Origin: Paraspadella gotoi
Taxonomy: Eukaryota; Animalia; Chaetognatha
Length of the DNA: 64,000 bases
Reading direction: 5' to 3'
NCBI GenBank assembly: GCA_051294375.1
Contig: CM119265.1
Span: 22,712,591 to 22,776,590 of the forward strand
Positions within the stretch are counted from its first letter, which is position 1, and each line of letters opens with the position of its first letter. The notes beneath the pieces are model-generated. The model did no database searches, was not told where the DNA came from, and saw only the letters and a program-made list of their open reading frames with translations. The position numbers and the translations under genes were made by a program. Below, piece after piece: positions 1-13,844 of this stretch.

Positions 1-3000
1 GCGGAATCAGATTCTCTCCTCGGGAACTCCGGGAACGATCGCTTACCGACGCTCATCCACCGACATTCAATCCGAAGATCGATCGCGAGAAAGCCAGCCA
101 TCGCCCCGGCCGCCGGAGACCGATGCCAAAGCTGGAATGCTGTCTTCCATGTCTTCTGTTTCGGAAACGTCGAGTCTCTCTTCGGTGGCGCCGGATTTGC
201 CGTCCTTGTCGAATCCACTAAAGCTCTATCAAGAGGCGAGCCCTATGACCAGTAGCATCTACGGGAGCCTCGATCACGATCACCGGGAGGACCTGCTGCA
301 AAAGGGCGCCCTGGGTGCGGAACAAAACTTCGGATTAAAGCCTCAAGCCTTAACGACTTCCGCGAGTCATTATTCGGTAGAACAATTCGAGATGGTCGCC
401 AGCGGCGCCGACACCGGATTAGGATCTTTGGGTGGAACTTCTACTCAACCCACGTCGCCCGTCGGTGACGAATCCTTGTTCCGACCGATCAAGGAAGATT
501 CCATCGATTTACCTTCGCCGAGTTTATCTCGCGCGACGACAATCGATTCCATCTCCGACACTTTCTCCCTTCTGGATGAAGTCGAGTTTCCGCCCCCTTC
601 AACCATGCCTCCTTGTCCCAGCGGACTGTACGGTTCCCTTCTCACGCAATCCTTTGGCCCACAGGGTCGAACCAATACGGTTTCTTCGGCTTTTGGGACT
701 TTAATAGGAAAAGGTGCCTTTGGCTTAGGGGCCAGCCCGATGGCGCACGAAGTTCCAAACTCTGGTACTCAACCAAAGTGTCCCGAAAGTGTATCTCTAG
801 CCTCTCACGGTAGCCGCCGATCATCCAGCGAAGCCAGACAATGTTTGTTGGAAGTAAATCACCTTGCGCTTTCAGAGATGGATCTTTTCAGCGGAGTTTG
901 GGTTCTCGTCGATGAAGCCGAGGACGAAGAATTGGACGATATTCCCGACGAGCTCTGTTTTGCCCGAGGATCTGGCAAAGGGATCGATTTTGTCATCCGA
1001 AAAGACTATGGCAAGTTTTTAAAGGATCAATGCCAACTGACTCTCCGCGTGGAACGAAATCTCGAAGGCGCTATTTCCCACTCGGTTCCTGATTTCAACG
1101 TCGCCGGCGAATTGTCTTCTGTTCACTGCTCCTTAGACGTGGCGCAATATCAGCTTATCCGCGGCATCCTCGATCACAATCTAGGCGAGCAGTTCACGCC
1201 TCTCGCCGTCCCCGCCGACTGTCGCTTGCACGATCCGGTCGCGGTCCTCGGTCCCGGTTCATCCGTCTACAAATCCATTTCGATCGCGATCGATTTGACC
1301 AACGTCGACATCGAATTGTTGATTTGTCACGAGACTGAAGACGACCCTCAACCTATTTCATTGGCTCTCATGCATTTGGTTCGATCGCGACTATCGTATG
1401 AATCTTATTCGGATTCTTCGAAGGATGTCGATCTCGTCTCACAGCAGATCCAGATGTTCGACACCCGGTACCGGGACGAAGCGGTCAACAACCGACCCAA
1501 CGTTTTCACTTCCGTTTTACGTCCGAGAGAGGGAACCAAAGCGAATAACGGCCAAGGCTCGGAAGGTACATTGCAAATGGAAATTCATTACCGATCAACC
1601 AAAGACGTTTCTCGATTCACGATATTGTTAAACAACATGAGGCTGATGGGAATATTTGATTGGCTCTTCGCCGTTTACGATTTCATCTTGACGAAATCCG
1701 AGAATCCATTTTATGACACCGATGGACAAATGAAAGTCGAGAAGCCAGCTCCCGCGCCTTCGAAACTTCCTCAAGGTGTGGTCTCGAAGACGACGCTGGA
1801 TTCTTCCAAATCTAAATCTCTTCCCCAAACCGAAACACCTTTTGAACTAAAATTAAACATCACAGAAACTGACTTCGTTGTGCTGGAAAGGCAAGATAAA
1901 CACGACACTTACGCCGTGATCCTGAAAACGACGGCGGTTCTTAATCATCGCCCTCATCACACTGAACGTCCTCTGTCGTGCAGCTTGCAAAGCATCGAGG
2001 TTTTCTCTTGTTCCTTGGGAGCCGAGTCCGATACTGAGTTATCCATCGTGGATCCCATTACCATTACTATGGAAATGTCGCGCAACACCGCCGCCAACTA
2101 TGGCGCTCAAATGGGTCTCCTGGCAGCAACGGAAAATTGTCCAGCTCCGGCTTCTCTCGACATTGCCGTGCACCAGAATCTTCAATTTCGGCTTTCTTAT
2201 TTTGACATCAAACTTTTTTTAGCTATTGCTAATTCTCTCCCGGCGCAAACCTCTTCCGCCGACTCAAAACGAAATTCGGACGCGCCCCTCCCCCCTTGCG
2301 CCAATGCTACGGCCACCTATCGAAGCAAATATCCTTCTTCTCACGTCTCTCGACTCAAAGAGTTTGGCTATTCGGAGGAGGACGTGTTTCGCGCTTTAGA
2401 GGCTTGCAATGGAAATCTGCAAGAGTCTTCCATCTGGCTGCTCGACAACGCCAATCTCCGTTCGTCATCATCGCCGTCAGATTCGGATCAAAAGTTGAGC
2501 GAGTCTAGCAACGGATCCAATCTTTCCGAAATCAAATTCCGATGCTCTTACGTCTGCGTCGTTTTGATCGACGATTGTCAGGATATCGACATTCCCCTTG
2601 CAGAGATTTCGCTCAACAATGTAGACATCGAATATCGGATCTTGGACGTCTCAACCGCACGCGGTTCCGCCACAATCGCCGTCGACTACTACAACCGTCC
2701 TCTCAGTGGATGGGAGCCTTTCGTCGAACCGTGGAAGGCCCGATTTTCTTTAACGCGATCGTTCAAGGCCCGCGATAGTAATTGTTTTAAGTCGAGGGTA
2801 GAGGTACTCTCTGACGACATACTTAATCTGAATCTGACTTCTTGCTTTGTCGATTTGTACCAAGACACTTTTAAGCGATGGACGGAAGACTTTTACGGTC
2901 TCCTCAAGCGCTCCGACATCTTTCCGACGACCTATTCTTCCTCAGAAACGCCGATGGACACCGGAAGCGGGGTTTCAGGCCTTCGGCGCCGAATTCCTTT

Positions 3001-6000
3001 TGTTCCATTCGTTCTCCGTAACAAAACCGGCGTTCATCTTTGGTTCGCCACGATCACTTGCGCCCCCGACAAACTCGCCCCTACCTCGGGCGGCCTTACC
3101 TTTCGACCAGAATTCGTCAACACGGGCGAGTGGCGAAAAGTTGCGCCGGACCAAGAGTTTTCCTTTTCTTTCGAGGATCGTGCCAAACAACGCCATCGCA
3201 ACACTCGCGAGCTGCGCGTTCACCAGGTCGTGGTGCAGGTGCGAGGCTGGAACCACGTTACGCCCGTTTCCGTTGACAAAGTCGGCACCTTCTTTCGTGT
3301 CGCGCGAGTCAAGCAGCCGGAAACGCGACTCCTCGACGTCGGCGCCTCCATGACCAACGGCGCCATCCTTGACTCCCAAGTCATCGTTTTCGACGTGACG
3401 CTGGAAGGCGCCGCCAAGAAAGTCATCACTGTCCGGAGCGATTTGCGCGTGACCAACCGACTTGGTGACGAGATTGAGATCATGCTGGACAAAGGGCAGA
3501 TCGAGCGCGGCGTCACCACCCGCGGCATCCTGCCCACCAAAGTTCTGAGACTTGCCCACGGCGACACTCTCCCCATTCCCTTGCCCTACACCTCGGCCAA
3601 GATGTGGGTTCGTCCCGTGAGCTGGATGGTTGATTTCTGCAATCCTTCCGTCTTCTGGCGGAGGCTCAAACCCAACGAGATCACGGACCTTCAACTCAAG
3701 TGCAACGCGATCATGAAGGAGGGAGACGCCGATGCCGGCGACTCTGCGGCCTACAGGTAAAACTATTAATTAAACAGAAGCCTTTGCAGTTTATTATTAA
3801 TAATTTAGAGCTAGACGGCTTAAAGCAGGTTACGGGAAATAAAATATAGAAATTGATTATTAGGTAAAAAATATTAGTTTATACGTATAAGGTAGGCACA
3901 TTTATATATACTTATAACAATTTATTTTGTTTACAGATTCTGTGTGGCTGTGAGAAAAGAAAACTTCTCGTCAGACCTCTTTGATCATCGCGGTAAAGGG
4001 AACAAAAAATCCGACATGAGCCGAAGCAACAGCGAAGGTGTTTTGAATTATCTTGAGAAATGTTAAACTGAAGTAAATTTTTAATTTTCTTTTTTCTTTT
4101 CTTTCCAGGCAAAAGCCTTTCCCGCCAAGGTGACGGCACCATGAGTCGCAGTAACAGCGGCCATGTCCGTCAGGTCAATGCCCCGACGGCCGCCTCCAGG
4201 GCGCGAACCGCGGACATCAACTCTCTCCAGTCGGGCCACCATCTAGTCCTCGTGCCCACCATCGTCTTCACGAACCTCCTCCCGTGCGAGCTAAACTACT
4301 ACGTCCGGCCGACGAACGTCCGCGGCCGCGCATCGCCGGGCGAGTCCTGCCCGCTCCGCACGGTAGACCTTAACGTCACCCTGGAACTCGGGATTCAATT
4401 AGAAAACTTTCCTACCTGCAAAGAGTTGCACATTCCTCCTGGCACCTCCGACTACCGCGTCATGATTCGCCTCTTCGACGTTAACAACCGTCAGCTCGAG
4501 CTCATGGTGCGCATCAAGGCCCGCAAGGGCGGCGCCCTTAAGCTCTTCGTCTCGGCACCTTATTGGCTCATCAACAAAAGCGGTCTCCCTTTAGTCTTCA
4601 AGCAAGACGGCGCCAAGGTCATCGCTGCCGGGCAGACTGAGGCGCACGAGGCGGCGAGGAGCGTTGCGCCGCTTCTGTTTTCTTTCACCGATCGTGAGGC
4701 GCACAGGTGAGTGAAGCTGGTTTTCTTTTCCATTTTTTCCATCCTTTCTCTATTTTTTCCCCCCTTTTTCTTAAGCATAGTTAATTTTTATATTTAACAC
4801 ATTCGTTTACATTTTTCAGTCTATGTTCGATGCGGCTCGGCCGCGCTCTCGGTTCCCAAGAAGAGGGCTCGACATCATGGTGTCAGCGGTTCACCATCGA
4901 TAGAGGAATCGGCGTCCGCCAAGTGGGTCTCCACTTCGCCGACAACAGACCTCCTCACATGTACAACATCGGCATCGAAGTTCGCCAGGGAAGAGGCAGA
5001 TATCGGTAAGAGAAAAATTCATTTTAAAATAAATAATATAATATGATTTTTTTTTAGCATATCCACGTTTAATGCCTTTTTTCTCACTTTTAACGTCGTA
5101 TTTTCTTTTTCTCATTTTCTGAAAAATGATTATGAATTTTTTTTTCCCAGCGACACAATCTTCGTCTCCTTTTCTCCTCGCTTTATGCTCGACAACCGCT
5201 CGTCCCACCGCCTCGCTTTCCTCCAGAAGCACCTCGTGCCCTCCAACGCGGGATCCTCTAAACCGCCGGGCAGTCAACCCGTTCCGATCGGACAAGTATC
5301 CGCCCTACCCAACTGCACTCTTCCTTACCACTGGTCCCGCGTCGACGAGTCCCAGCTGCTCTGCATTCGTCAGCTTGAAGTGCTTCACTGCAACTGGTCT
5401 GGCGGTTTTAAGATCGACAAAGTTGACTCTTTCCACGTTAACATGCGCGGAGAGAGCAACGTCTGCATCTTTCTCCGAGTGGAGGTGCTCCTCCAGGGCG
5501 CCACCTTCCACATTGTCTTCACTGACGCCGATCAGATGCCGCCACCGTTTCGCATCGACAATTTTTCCGAGGTGCAGGTCATGTATTACCAAACTAACGC
5601 AGCGGACGGTTATCGCACGATGATCAAGCCATGGACCTCTGTTGACTACGCTTGGGACGAGCCTACCTTGTTGCCGCACATGACTTGCTACGTGACCGGG
5701 GGGACGTCCGCTACCTACAATCTTAACTCTCTCGGAGACGGCGACCAACTCTGCTACGAAAACTTCATCTACATCACGTTTCAAGCGACGTTCGATCAAA
5801 GGAGCTCTTGGGCGGGACAAGACCCGAGGTCGGCCCGTCAGGCTGAGTTGCCCCAGCGCGTCGTCGAGTTTGACAAGAATCTCGTTCTCGACGTCGTCAA
5901 CGGGCGCGTTGTCCTCGCCCCCAAGGAGATCGGCAAGCGTTCGCAGTTGTGGCGCATGGACGCCAAGGGTCTTCTCATCCACGAGGGGTCGTCGCCGCCG

Positions 6001-8914
6001 AGGAACCCTCGGCGGCCGGGATCCTTCGCTTCGGGTTCTCCATCTTCGAAGCAGTCATGCTTTGTACTTGACATTGCAGACACCGCGGTCCAGGTGCGGG
6101 ATTTTTTTTAATTTATACTTATTATATACTTAATAATTACTTATTAATTTGTATTTTATTCCTGGTATTCTGATACTTATGATGAGCGGCGTGATCATGA
6201 CGAGAGTTTATGTCCAAAACTTATCATTTTCCTTATTTCAGCCGAGTCGTCAAACGCCTCTCACAATCCGTCGCCCGGAGAATCGACGCGCCTCGACTCA
6301 GACGTGGCACTTTACGGACGATGGACGCCTCCGCCTTAAAAGCGTCGGCGTGCAAAATCTCGTCGTCCAGGTATGCGAAGCCGAAACGCGTGGCATCCGC
6401 GCCGGCGCCCCGGCCGTCCTCGGCCCGATCTTGCGGGGCTCTCACGCTCCGAAAAGCATCCCTCCTGAGATGAACATCGGGCGGGAGCGGATGCGGCCCG
6501 GCTCAGGCTTTCTCGCCGTACGTATCATCCCCGACGGCCCGACGCGGGTGCTGCAAATCACCGACATCCGCAACCGCAGCACCGTCGCTGCGCCGCTGCC
6601 GTTGTCCACGAGCGTCTCGAGTCCCGAAGGATGGCTCGCCGTCGACGAGGAGCTCACGCTGAAGATGGCCAAGAGAAAGAGACGGCCGCAGAGCGAGTTG
6701 CCAGCCACTACATACTTCGTCGACTTGGCTAATGAGATCAACGAATACAACTTGGTGAGAGGAGAGAAAATCGCCGGTTGGTGATTAAGAATAAAACTAT
6801 GTTTTATCACTTTTCTAAAAGCTTTAAAAATATCGTTCAAAAAGCAATTGCCAATTAATATTTATTAAATGTGCCCCTTTTTTAGATCATTGGCCTCACC
6901 AGCGGCATCGGGGTTTCCATCGTAGATTCGTCAGAGAAAGTGGCTGAAGAGTTGGTCTACTTGACGGTTGTCAATATTGAAGTCGATTACCTCTACAACT
7001 CCACTGGCCAGTTCCTTGAACTCAAGGTCGGCAACATCCAGGTGGACAATCAGATCCTTGGGTCCCAGCGTCCAGTCCTGCTGCGTGTCACTCCTGCTGA
7101 CTCTAAGACGGTCAAGGATGAAAGTGTTTCTCCCGATGCGGCGGAGGCGTCGGAAAGTTTCGGCATGGAACCCATCACTTCCAGCATCACCACCGCCATT
7201 CAGATCGTAGCGCAGAAACAGCACGCGCCGATCCATCGCCCGCTCCAAAATGTCGAGATCTATAACAACCTCACCATCTCTATCAAAAGACTCACCGTAC
7301 AGCTTGAAGAAAAACTCCTCTGGCGCGTCTTGGGGTTTATGGGATTAGGCGGCGGAGGCGCAGCCGCGACGAACGCCAACCAGGATGCCGACTATGACGA
7401 GGCCGATCTTAACGCCCAAGTGCAAGCGGCCACGTCTGCTCAAGCCAAACGGTACTACTTTGGTCAGATCAAAGTCATAACCTCGAGGATCAAACTGTCG
7501 ATGCTGACGTCGCACAAGTTACCTCCGGACCTCCTGGCCATCAAGGAATATTGGAACATCCCCATGGTCAAGTTCGAGGACGCCCAGGTCGACCTCGATC
7601 CTTTCATCCGCGTCCATCCCTTCGAAACCTCCGCCTTTCTCCGCGACTCAATTTTCAAACACTACGAGGACGAACTCAAGTCGCAGGCGGCCAAGATTCT
7701 CGGATCCATCGATTTTCTCGGAAATCCGCTTGGGCTTTTCAACGATATCACGGATGGATTATCCGGGCTAGGTTAGGCTGGGGTATTTTCTTTTATAATT
7801 TGTAAATTTTTGGTTTACTATCCCAGTCAGTTTCTTAATTAATTTACTATTCTATCACACGTTTTCTTGTTTAATACGTGTTATTTCAATTTCTATTTTC
7901 CCCTCACCTTCCTTGCAGTAAAGCACGGGAACGTCGGTGGTTTGTTCACCAACGTGACCCACGGCGTCTCCGATTCGGCGGCCAAAGTTACCGGATCTTT
8001 GTCCGACGGGTTGGGGATGGTTGTTATGGACGACAAACACATGGAGATTCGGGAGAACATTCGACGAACGAGGGGCACGGGAACCGGGGAGCATCTAATG
8101 GCGGGCATCAAAGGTTTAGGTGAGTCGAGAGAGAGTAAGAAAGAAAAATACAAATGGCAAGGCAATCATGATTGGCCATCTTTTTCCCACAGGATTCGGG
8201 ATCATGTCGGGAGTGACGTCGGTCATCACGCAAACCTACGAAGGCGCCTCCAAGGAAGGCGTCGAGGGATTTATCACCGGCTTCGGAAAAGGAGTCATCG
8301 GCACCGTTACAAAACCCGCTCTCGGAATCCTGGACTTCGCCACTGGCGCCGCCTCCGCCATTCGCGACCAATCCCGCGGCGGGCTGCACCACGCTCTCTC
8401 CACGGCTGTGGTCCGCCCGCCGCGTGTTTGCCACGGTCCCGGCGGTCTGCTCCCCCGCTACTCTCTCGATGCCGCCCGGGGGCAACTCTATCTCCACGTA
8501 CTTAACGAATACGATTACGGCGAAACGTACGTGTCCCACGAGGAACTCCGCGGCCCTCCCGACAACGTATCCGCCCTCGTCTCCTCGGATCACGTTTACG
8601 TGTTGCGCAAGTCGAGGAGCGGAGCCGGTTCGGACCGGCCCGTGCTGCAAATTTCCTACGCCGAGCTCTACCAGTGCTCCTATCTGGCTCGTGACAACCG
8701 CCATTACATCCATCTCGTGCTGAGGACCGTGCGGTCGGAAAACTCGACCCGCGCCTCCGAGCACAACCGTCAGCAGATTCGCTGCGAGACGCAGAACAAA
8801 GCGCAGGCCGTCGTGCATCAGATCAACTACGCAAAAACCCTTTTTGAAGAAAAACAACTCATGCTGATGCCGATACCCAACGATAGCGAAGATAACGAAT
8901 TTATCGTGGACTAA
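1..8914 (+). CDS. VPS13D: Vacuolar protein sorting 13D, 3' portion (5' end outside window); multi-exon
   Basis: The frame is open from base 2. It contains a UBA domain (LKEFGYSEEDVFRALEACNGNLQESSIWLL), VPS13 motifs (LIDDCQDIDIPLAE, DYYNRPLSGWEPFVEPW, SAPYWLINKSGLPL), the VPS13D ricin-like segment (KRSQLWRM) and a C-terminal ATG2_C/PH region (KILGSIDFLGNPLGL). GT-AG exons approx. 1-3756, 3938-3991, 4109-4707, 4820-5005, 5151-6093, 6242-6776, 6886-7770, 7919-8119, 8193-8914. Confidence 0.95.
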
Positions 8915-9276
8915 AAATTGTTTTTTCTTTTTGGACTTGTTCATTTTTATTCTTTTTTTTTTTACATAAATATTTTTGTGCCTCTTGCCGATAATTAAAA
9001 AAACCGCCTCAATAATGCAAATTTTCTAGTCTTCATAAAGAAAAATTAATGTATTTGAACAAAACCTTAATTTGTCGAGGTTGATTCGCTATTTCCGAAT
9101 AATGCGGTTCGTTACTTTCGAGGATTCTCGTAGTAATTGGTGCTAGTATTAGTTTTATAGAGTAATCGAGATTTTTTTTTTTTTTTGTTGCTTTTTTGAT
9201 TGTAGCCCGCTCATTATTTCTCGTTGCTATCGTCGTCGTATATTTTATTCGTTTCAGGTCGTTTCTCCTATAATAA

Positions 9277-10546
9277 ATGACATTTGAAACAATGTCTGTT
9301 TTTCAAGACAAACGCGCCCAAACGTTGTGGATGGGCGACTTGGAGCCTGAGATGGATGAGAGCTTCATCGCCACCGCCTTTCTGCTCATCCACGAACCGG
9401 TGCGTTCTTTGGTGATAATTTATTCGCACAAGGCGTTCTCCTCTCCCCAACCCCCCCCTTTTGCTCAGATCGTGGCCGTGAGGATCATCAAGAACCGGTT
9501 AACCGGAGACCCGGCCGGTTACTGCTTTGTCGAATTCGCCGACGAGGAGGCCGCGCAGAGGGCGCTGCTTAGACTTAATGGGAAACCCATTCCGGGGAAT
9601 CTCCATCCTCCGCGGAGGTTTAAACTCAATCCCTCCATTAAACCGGAACCCGGGTAAAGATCGTCCAGAAATTCTTTAAAGTCGGCAACATTTAAACGTT
9701 CCCTTCCGAGACAATTCGATTTTATTTTGATAGGGAAGAATTTTCGATCTTCGTTGGCGACTTGACCGACGACGTGGACGACTATGATTTGTACAAGACG
9801 TTCAAAGATCGATTCCCATCCACGAGAGGTCAGTCGAGGAAATTGAATCTATTTTGGTCAACGCGACCTTTTCATCCTTTTAACATTTTTTTACCAGGGG
9901 CGAAGGTTGTCTTGGAGAGCAACGGCGACAGTCGGGGATTCGGCTTCGTTCGCTTTGGATCTCAACACGAACAGATCGCCGCCTTGAGGGACATGCAGTA
10001 TCACACGGGACTCGGCGGACGAGCCATTCGGGTCTCTAGCGCCATGCCCAAGAGACCCTGGCCGGGGACGAGCAGCCCGAGTATGAGCAATCTCACTTCG
10101 CCTCTCGGGCCTTTGCCTCATTCGGTGATTTAGCTTTAGTGTCTCTCTGTTCCAGTCGGTTTTTAATATTCTTGGGTTAATTTTTTTAGTTAGACCACAA
10201 ACCCATAATTTTCTAGGCGTCCCCTTCGCCCATAAGTTCCGGTTCGACCTCTCCCGACACCGGCATCAAGGAGCAACTTCAGTCCCAATGGCAACAGCAA
10301 TGGGTCAACTACTATCAGCAATGGCAGCAGTTTTATCTGAATCAAGCTCAGTGGGCCCAGTGGAGCCAAAATCAAGAGGCGAATAAGAAAGCCAACGACG
10401 CAGTCGTCCAGATGTCGGAGGAAGACGATTTGTTGTCCTTTGACGTAGAGTCCTCCAATCGGCTCAAGCTAAAGATCAGCCAAGATTTCGACGACGAGAT
10501 GCACGATTCTCAGTGGTTCTCGGATTTACTTCGATTTCCCTGCTGA
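9277..10546 (+). CDS. TRNAU1AP: tRNA selenocysteine 1-associated protein 1 (SECp43), two RRMs plus Q/W/Y-rich tail
   Basis: RRM1 [16 protein letters not shown]...AGYCFVEF; RRM2 [14 protein letters not shown]...SRGFGFVRF...[10 protein letters not shown]; C-terminal [10 protein letters not shown]...FDVESSN...[13 protein letters not shown]. Five exons, TGA at 10544-10546. Confidence 0.92.
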
Positions 10547-10809
10547 TATTCGTTGCTCGCCTGGTTTTCATAAAACTACTGGGTTTTATTTTAAAAATTT
10601 AGTTGCATTTTCGATATCTAGATTAATACTGTTTTTAGCGCTATGTGCAATTAATTTTCATACTTGATTAAATTTACCGCGGTGAACGATACTGATTGAA
10701 TTTTATTTGCGACACTTTGTTTACAGAGTCAGTATGATCAGTCGTTATCCGAAATTGATCATGTTTTGCCGCGTTTCATAAAAAAATATTTATTTTTCAA
10801 AACCCCAAA

Positions 10810-11736
10810 ATGGCTGCCACCGTGGCTCAACAGCAAAACGAGGGTTTCGAGACGATCAAGTATCAGGATTGCGACCTAAAAATCGAGCCCCTCATGGCCA
10901 ACGGCAACGGACATCCGGGCTCTTTGGAACTCTTGAAACCAATTCAGACCAAGTTGGAACCTGGCACTGTCAAAAGCGAGCTCAAAAATGGCAAATGCTA
11001 CTTTTGCCAGGACTGTGGCAAAACATTCAAGGAAGCAGGCAACCTTCGTCGACACAAAGATACCGTTCACGAAAAGCTGAAAAACTTTAACTGCCAGGAT
11101 TGCGGCAAGTCCTTCGGGGAAGCTGGCAACCTTCGGCGGCACAGAGAGACGGTCCACGAGAAAGTGAAAAACTTTTACTGCAAAGACTGCGGCAAGGCCT
11201 TCGGCGAGTGCGGCAACCTCCGCCGGCATAAGGCCACCGTTCACGACAAAATGAAAAACTACTTTTGTCAAGATTGCGGCAAAGCTTTTTCCGAAAGGGG
11301 AAACTTGAAGCGTCACGCCGACACCGTTCATTCCGGCAACAAATCAGCGGCTGCGCTCAAGAAGGCGGCAGCCTCGGCGGCAAAGGCGACGACGACGACG
11401 TCCTCGGCGACCCCGGTCTCATCTGTCTCCATCTCCGCGGTTCCGGTCCCCGTCTCTCTCCCGCCCGTTACCACCTACGCCGAAGTGAATCAACATCATC
11501 CACAACAACTGAATCACCTGGTGCCGCCCCCTCCGCCCCCGCAAATCCAGCCCTTGCAGGGAGATTCGGCGCAATATTGCACGGTCACGACAATCATTCC
11601 AGTGGTCACCTGTCTACCCAGTCAGCAACATCCTCAATCTCTAACTCATCCTCAGGTTTTGACTCATCACCCGCATCACCCGACCCTTACTCATCATCCT
11701 CATCCTCAAATCATACAACCCCATGCACATATGTAG
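10810..11736 (+). CDS. Intronless C2H2 zinc-finger protein: four near-identical 29-aa fingers plus Pro/Gln/His-rich tail
   Basis: Four repeats of C-x2-C-GKxFxExGNLxRH-x4-H with EK(L/V)KNF/DKMKNY linkers; AATAAA follows the stop at about 11776. Confidence 0.9.
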   Translation: MAATVAQQQNEGFETIKYQDCDLKIEPLMANGNGHPGSLELLKPIQTKLEPGTVKSELKNGKCYFCQDCGKTFKEAGNLRRHKDTVHEKLKNFNCQDCGKSFGEAGNLRRHRETVHEKVKNFYCKDCGKAFGECGNLRRHKATVHDKMKNYFCQDCGKAFSERGNLKRHADTVHSGNKSAAALKKAAASAAKATTTTSSATPVSSVSISAVPVPVSLPPVTTYAEVNQHHPQQLNHLVPPPPPPQIQPLQGDSAQYCTVTTIIPVVTCLPSQQHPQSLTHPQVLTHHPHHPTLTHHPHPQIIQPHAHM

Positions 11737-12395
11737 CCGCTTATAGTTATTTATGTTTTATTATTTTCGTGTGTAAATAAAAAAAAAAATTTCTTCTGAT
11801 GTTCTGGTTTTTATTTTTTTAAACTTGTGTGCGACTTGTTTCACGATTGGTTCCGTATGATTTAGGTCTTTATCCGTTCAAACCGAACGACCCCATGCCC
11901 ACATTTCCATTTTCTGAAAAATTGAAAAAGAATATGATACGATTTTGGAAGGGATCTTTCTATTGAAATGCAAACCAAATTCTTCCTTGATAACGGTACC
12001 AGCTTTTAAAAAAAAACTAATCTCTTTAATTGAGAAAAAAATTAGCACTATATTGATTTTCGATTCCAATAATTTCGATGACAAAATTTGTCATTTATTA
12101 TGATAATGCCCTTCTGGTTCTTTCGCTTTTTATATCAACCGGAGGCTCTACAAATCCTCATGCATATTTTTTTATTACTTTGGAGTTTTTGAGTAACCAC
12201 CCTAGAAACTTTTCCGAGAAAAAATTTTGATTAATTTGTTAGGAGCTAGAAAATACTGTGATGTATAGAATGACACGAAATTACTTTTATTTAAAAATAA
12301 AATAAAATTGAATGCCCAGTTTTATTCAGCATGGTTTTACATCATTTATGATTTCGCCGATGTTCCATTCACATTCTATATAGGTAAAAGGGAAA

Positions 12396-13796
12396 ATGAC
12401 GAGCTCAATTGTCTTCCGACTTTTAAATGGGACTCTTGCATTCGGAACCCGTCGCTCTTTTTACGTCCGCAGCCGACTTCCGTTAGCTCATTCCCTTAAA
12501 GCCTCGAGTCCATCCAGAGTTTTCATTCTCGCTCCCGCCTGTGGATGGCGTTGTTACGCCGACGACGGACCCGGAAAAGGCACTCGAGACTCCGGCGTCA
12601 AGTCCCCGTCAAAAAATAAATCTAAGCGAAGGAAGAAAAACGCCGGAACGCGGTTGGCGGGAGAGTGGAATGTCGCTCAGCTTCCGTCCCTGGCCGATGA
12701 TGCCGACGTCGCCGCCGCCGCTCGAGAGGTGGCACAATCAGTCCCCGGCGACGCTGAACTAATCGAAAACGAATTGCTCCGTCACTTGCGCGGTGGACGC
12801 GAATCGAGTCCGGAACCCCTGACGATCGCGAACGATGCCGACCCAAGCCCTGAAATGGCCGGTACTGCCGAGTCCGGAGCTGACTCTATCCCTGTTCCTT
12901 CCGTCCTCGACATCCTCGGCTCGATATCCTATGATGAAGAAAGCCGGAAGCATCGGTCGCAACAGAGAAAAAAGACGAAATCGCCCCCGCCGTTGGAGGA
13001 ATCGAGGCAATCGCAGCGTCTGGACGAATTGTCAGAGTTTAAAGCATTGACCGAACAGGATTTACTGAGAACGGAAGTTATTTTCACCAAAAGTCGAAAT
13101 CGAAAGGGTTTTACCCCAAAATCTCGAGGTTTAGACATCGCTCCTGTTGATCAGAGCTTTGGCGAGGATTTAGCCAGCTTGGAGGCGGCGTTATCCGAAC
13201 TGGATGATTCGAGATGGGAAAGGCGTGGAGATGTGTTGAGGGGGAATCGTCGAACCAGAAAGCACTTTGATAAACCAAGAGATCACGCCTCGCCAGTTTT
13301 CTCTCCAATGCTCAAAGCTGACGGAAGCAGGAAAGTTGGCTTGAGAATTTTTACCCAACCCCAACCCAACGAAGAAGACGTGTCCCTTTTTTACGATGGA
13401 TTGGACGAATCTTTTCGTTGGAAGGAGTCCTTTTACGACCGTCTTCAGGAGCAGGAGGCCGCGATCACCAACGACCGGCTCCCAACCAACGGTTTTCGCG
13501 AAGCGATTCGTCTCACGGAGCGAGGCGAGCTCTGGGAGTTGCCCATCGATAATGAGAAAAACATCGGCGCCGAGGAAGACGTTCCCTTTCACGAGCACGT
13601 CTTCATAGGTCGGCTCACGACCGACTTTCCCAAAGTCGGCCCTATTCGCAACTTCATCGACTTGGTCTGCGACGGACTCTCTAAAAATCCTTACATGTCA
13701 GTGGAGGAGAAGCGAGGCTTCATTCAGTGGTACAGGGATTATTTCGACGAGAAGGGCCTCTTGAGCGCGGAAGGCGAAGAGCGGGCGAACATGTGA
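12396..13796 (+). CDS. MRPS31: Mitochondrial small-subunit ribosomal protein S31 (mS31), intronless
   Basis: Arg/Ser-rich N-terminal presequence and the conserved C-terminus NGFREAIRLTERGELWELPIDNE...FHEHVF...FPKVGPIRNFIDLVCDGLSKNPYMSVEEK...WYRDYF. Confidence 0.92.
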   Translation: MTSSIVFRLLNGTLAFGTRRSFYVRSRLPLAHSLKASSPSRVFILAPACGWRCYADDGPGKGTRDSGVKSPSKNKSKRRKKNAGTRLAGEWNVAQLPSLADDADVAAAAREVAQSVPGDAELIENELLRHLRGGRESSPEPLTIANDADPSPEMAGTAESGADSIPVPSVLDILGSISYDEESRKHRSQQRKKTKSPPPLEESRQSQRLDELSEFKALTEQDLLRTEVIFTKSRNRKGFTPKSRGLDIAPVDQSFGEDLASLEAALSELDDSRWERRGDVLRGNRRTRKHFDKPRDHASPVFSPMLKADGSRKVGLRIFTQPQPNEEDVSLFYDGLDESFRWKESFYDRLQEQEAAITNDRLPTNGFREAIRLTERGELWELPIDNEKNIGAEEDVPFHEHVFIGRLTTDFPKVGPIRNFIDLVCDGLSKNPYMSVEEKRGFIQWYRDYFDEKGLLSAEGEERANM

Positions 13797-13844
13797 CGAG
13801 TGAACGATAAACTTTCTCTGTTTTTCCTTTTTGTTGGTCTCATC

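Noticed and set aside
2975-3694. Long minus-strand ORFs (also 5305-5982, 8108-8944, 43175-43852, 52710-53429)
   Set aside because: They are antisense shadows of GC-rich + strand exons and have no recognisable domains.
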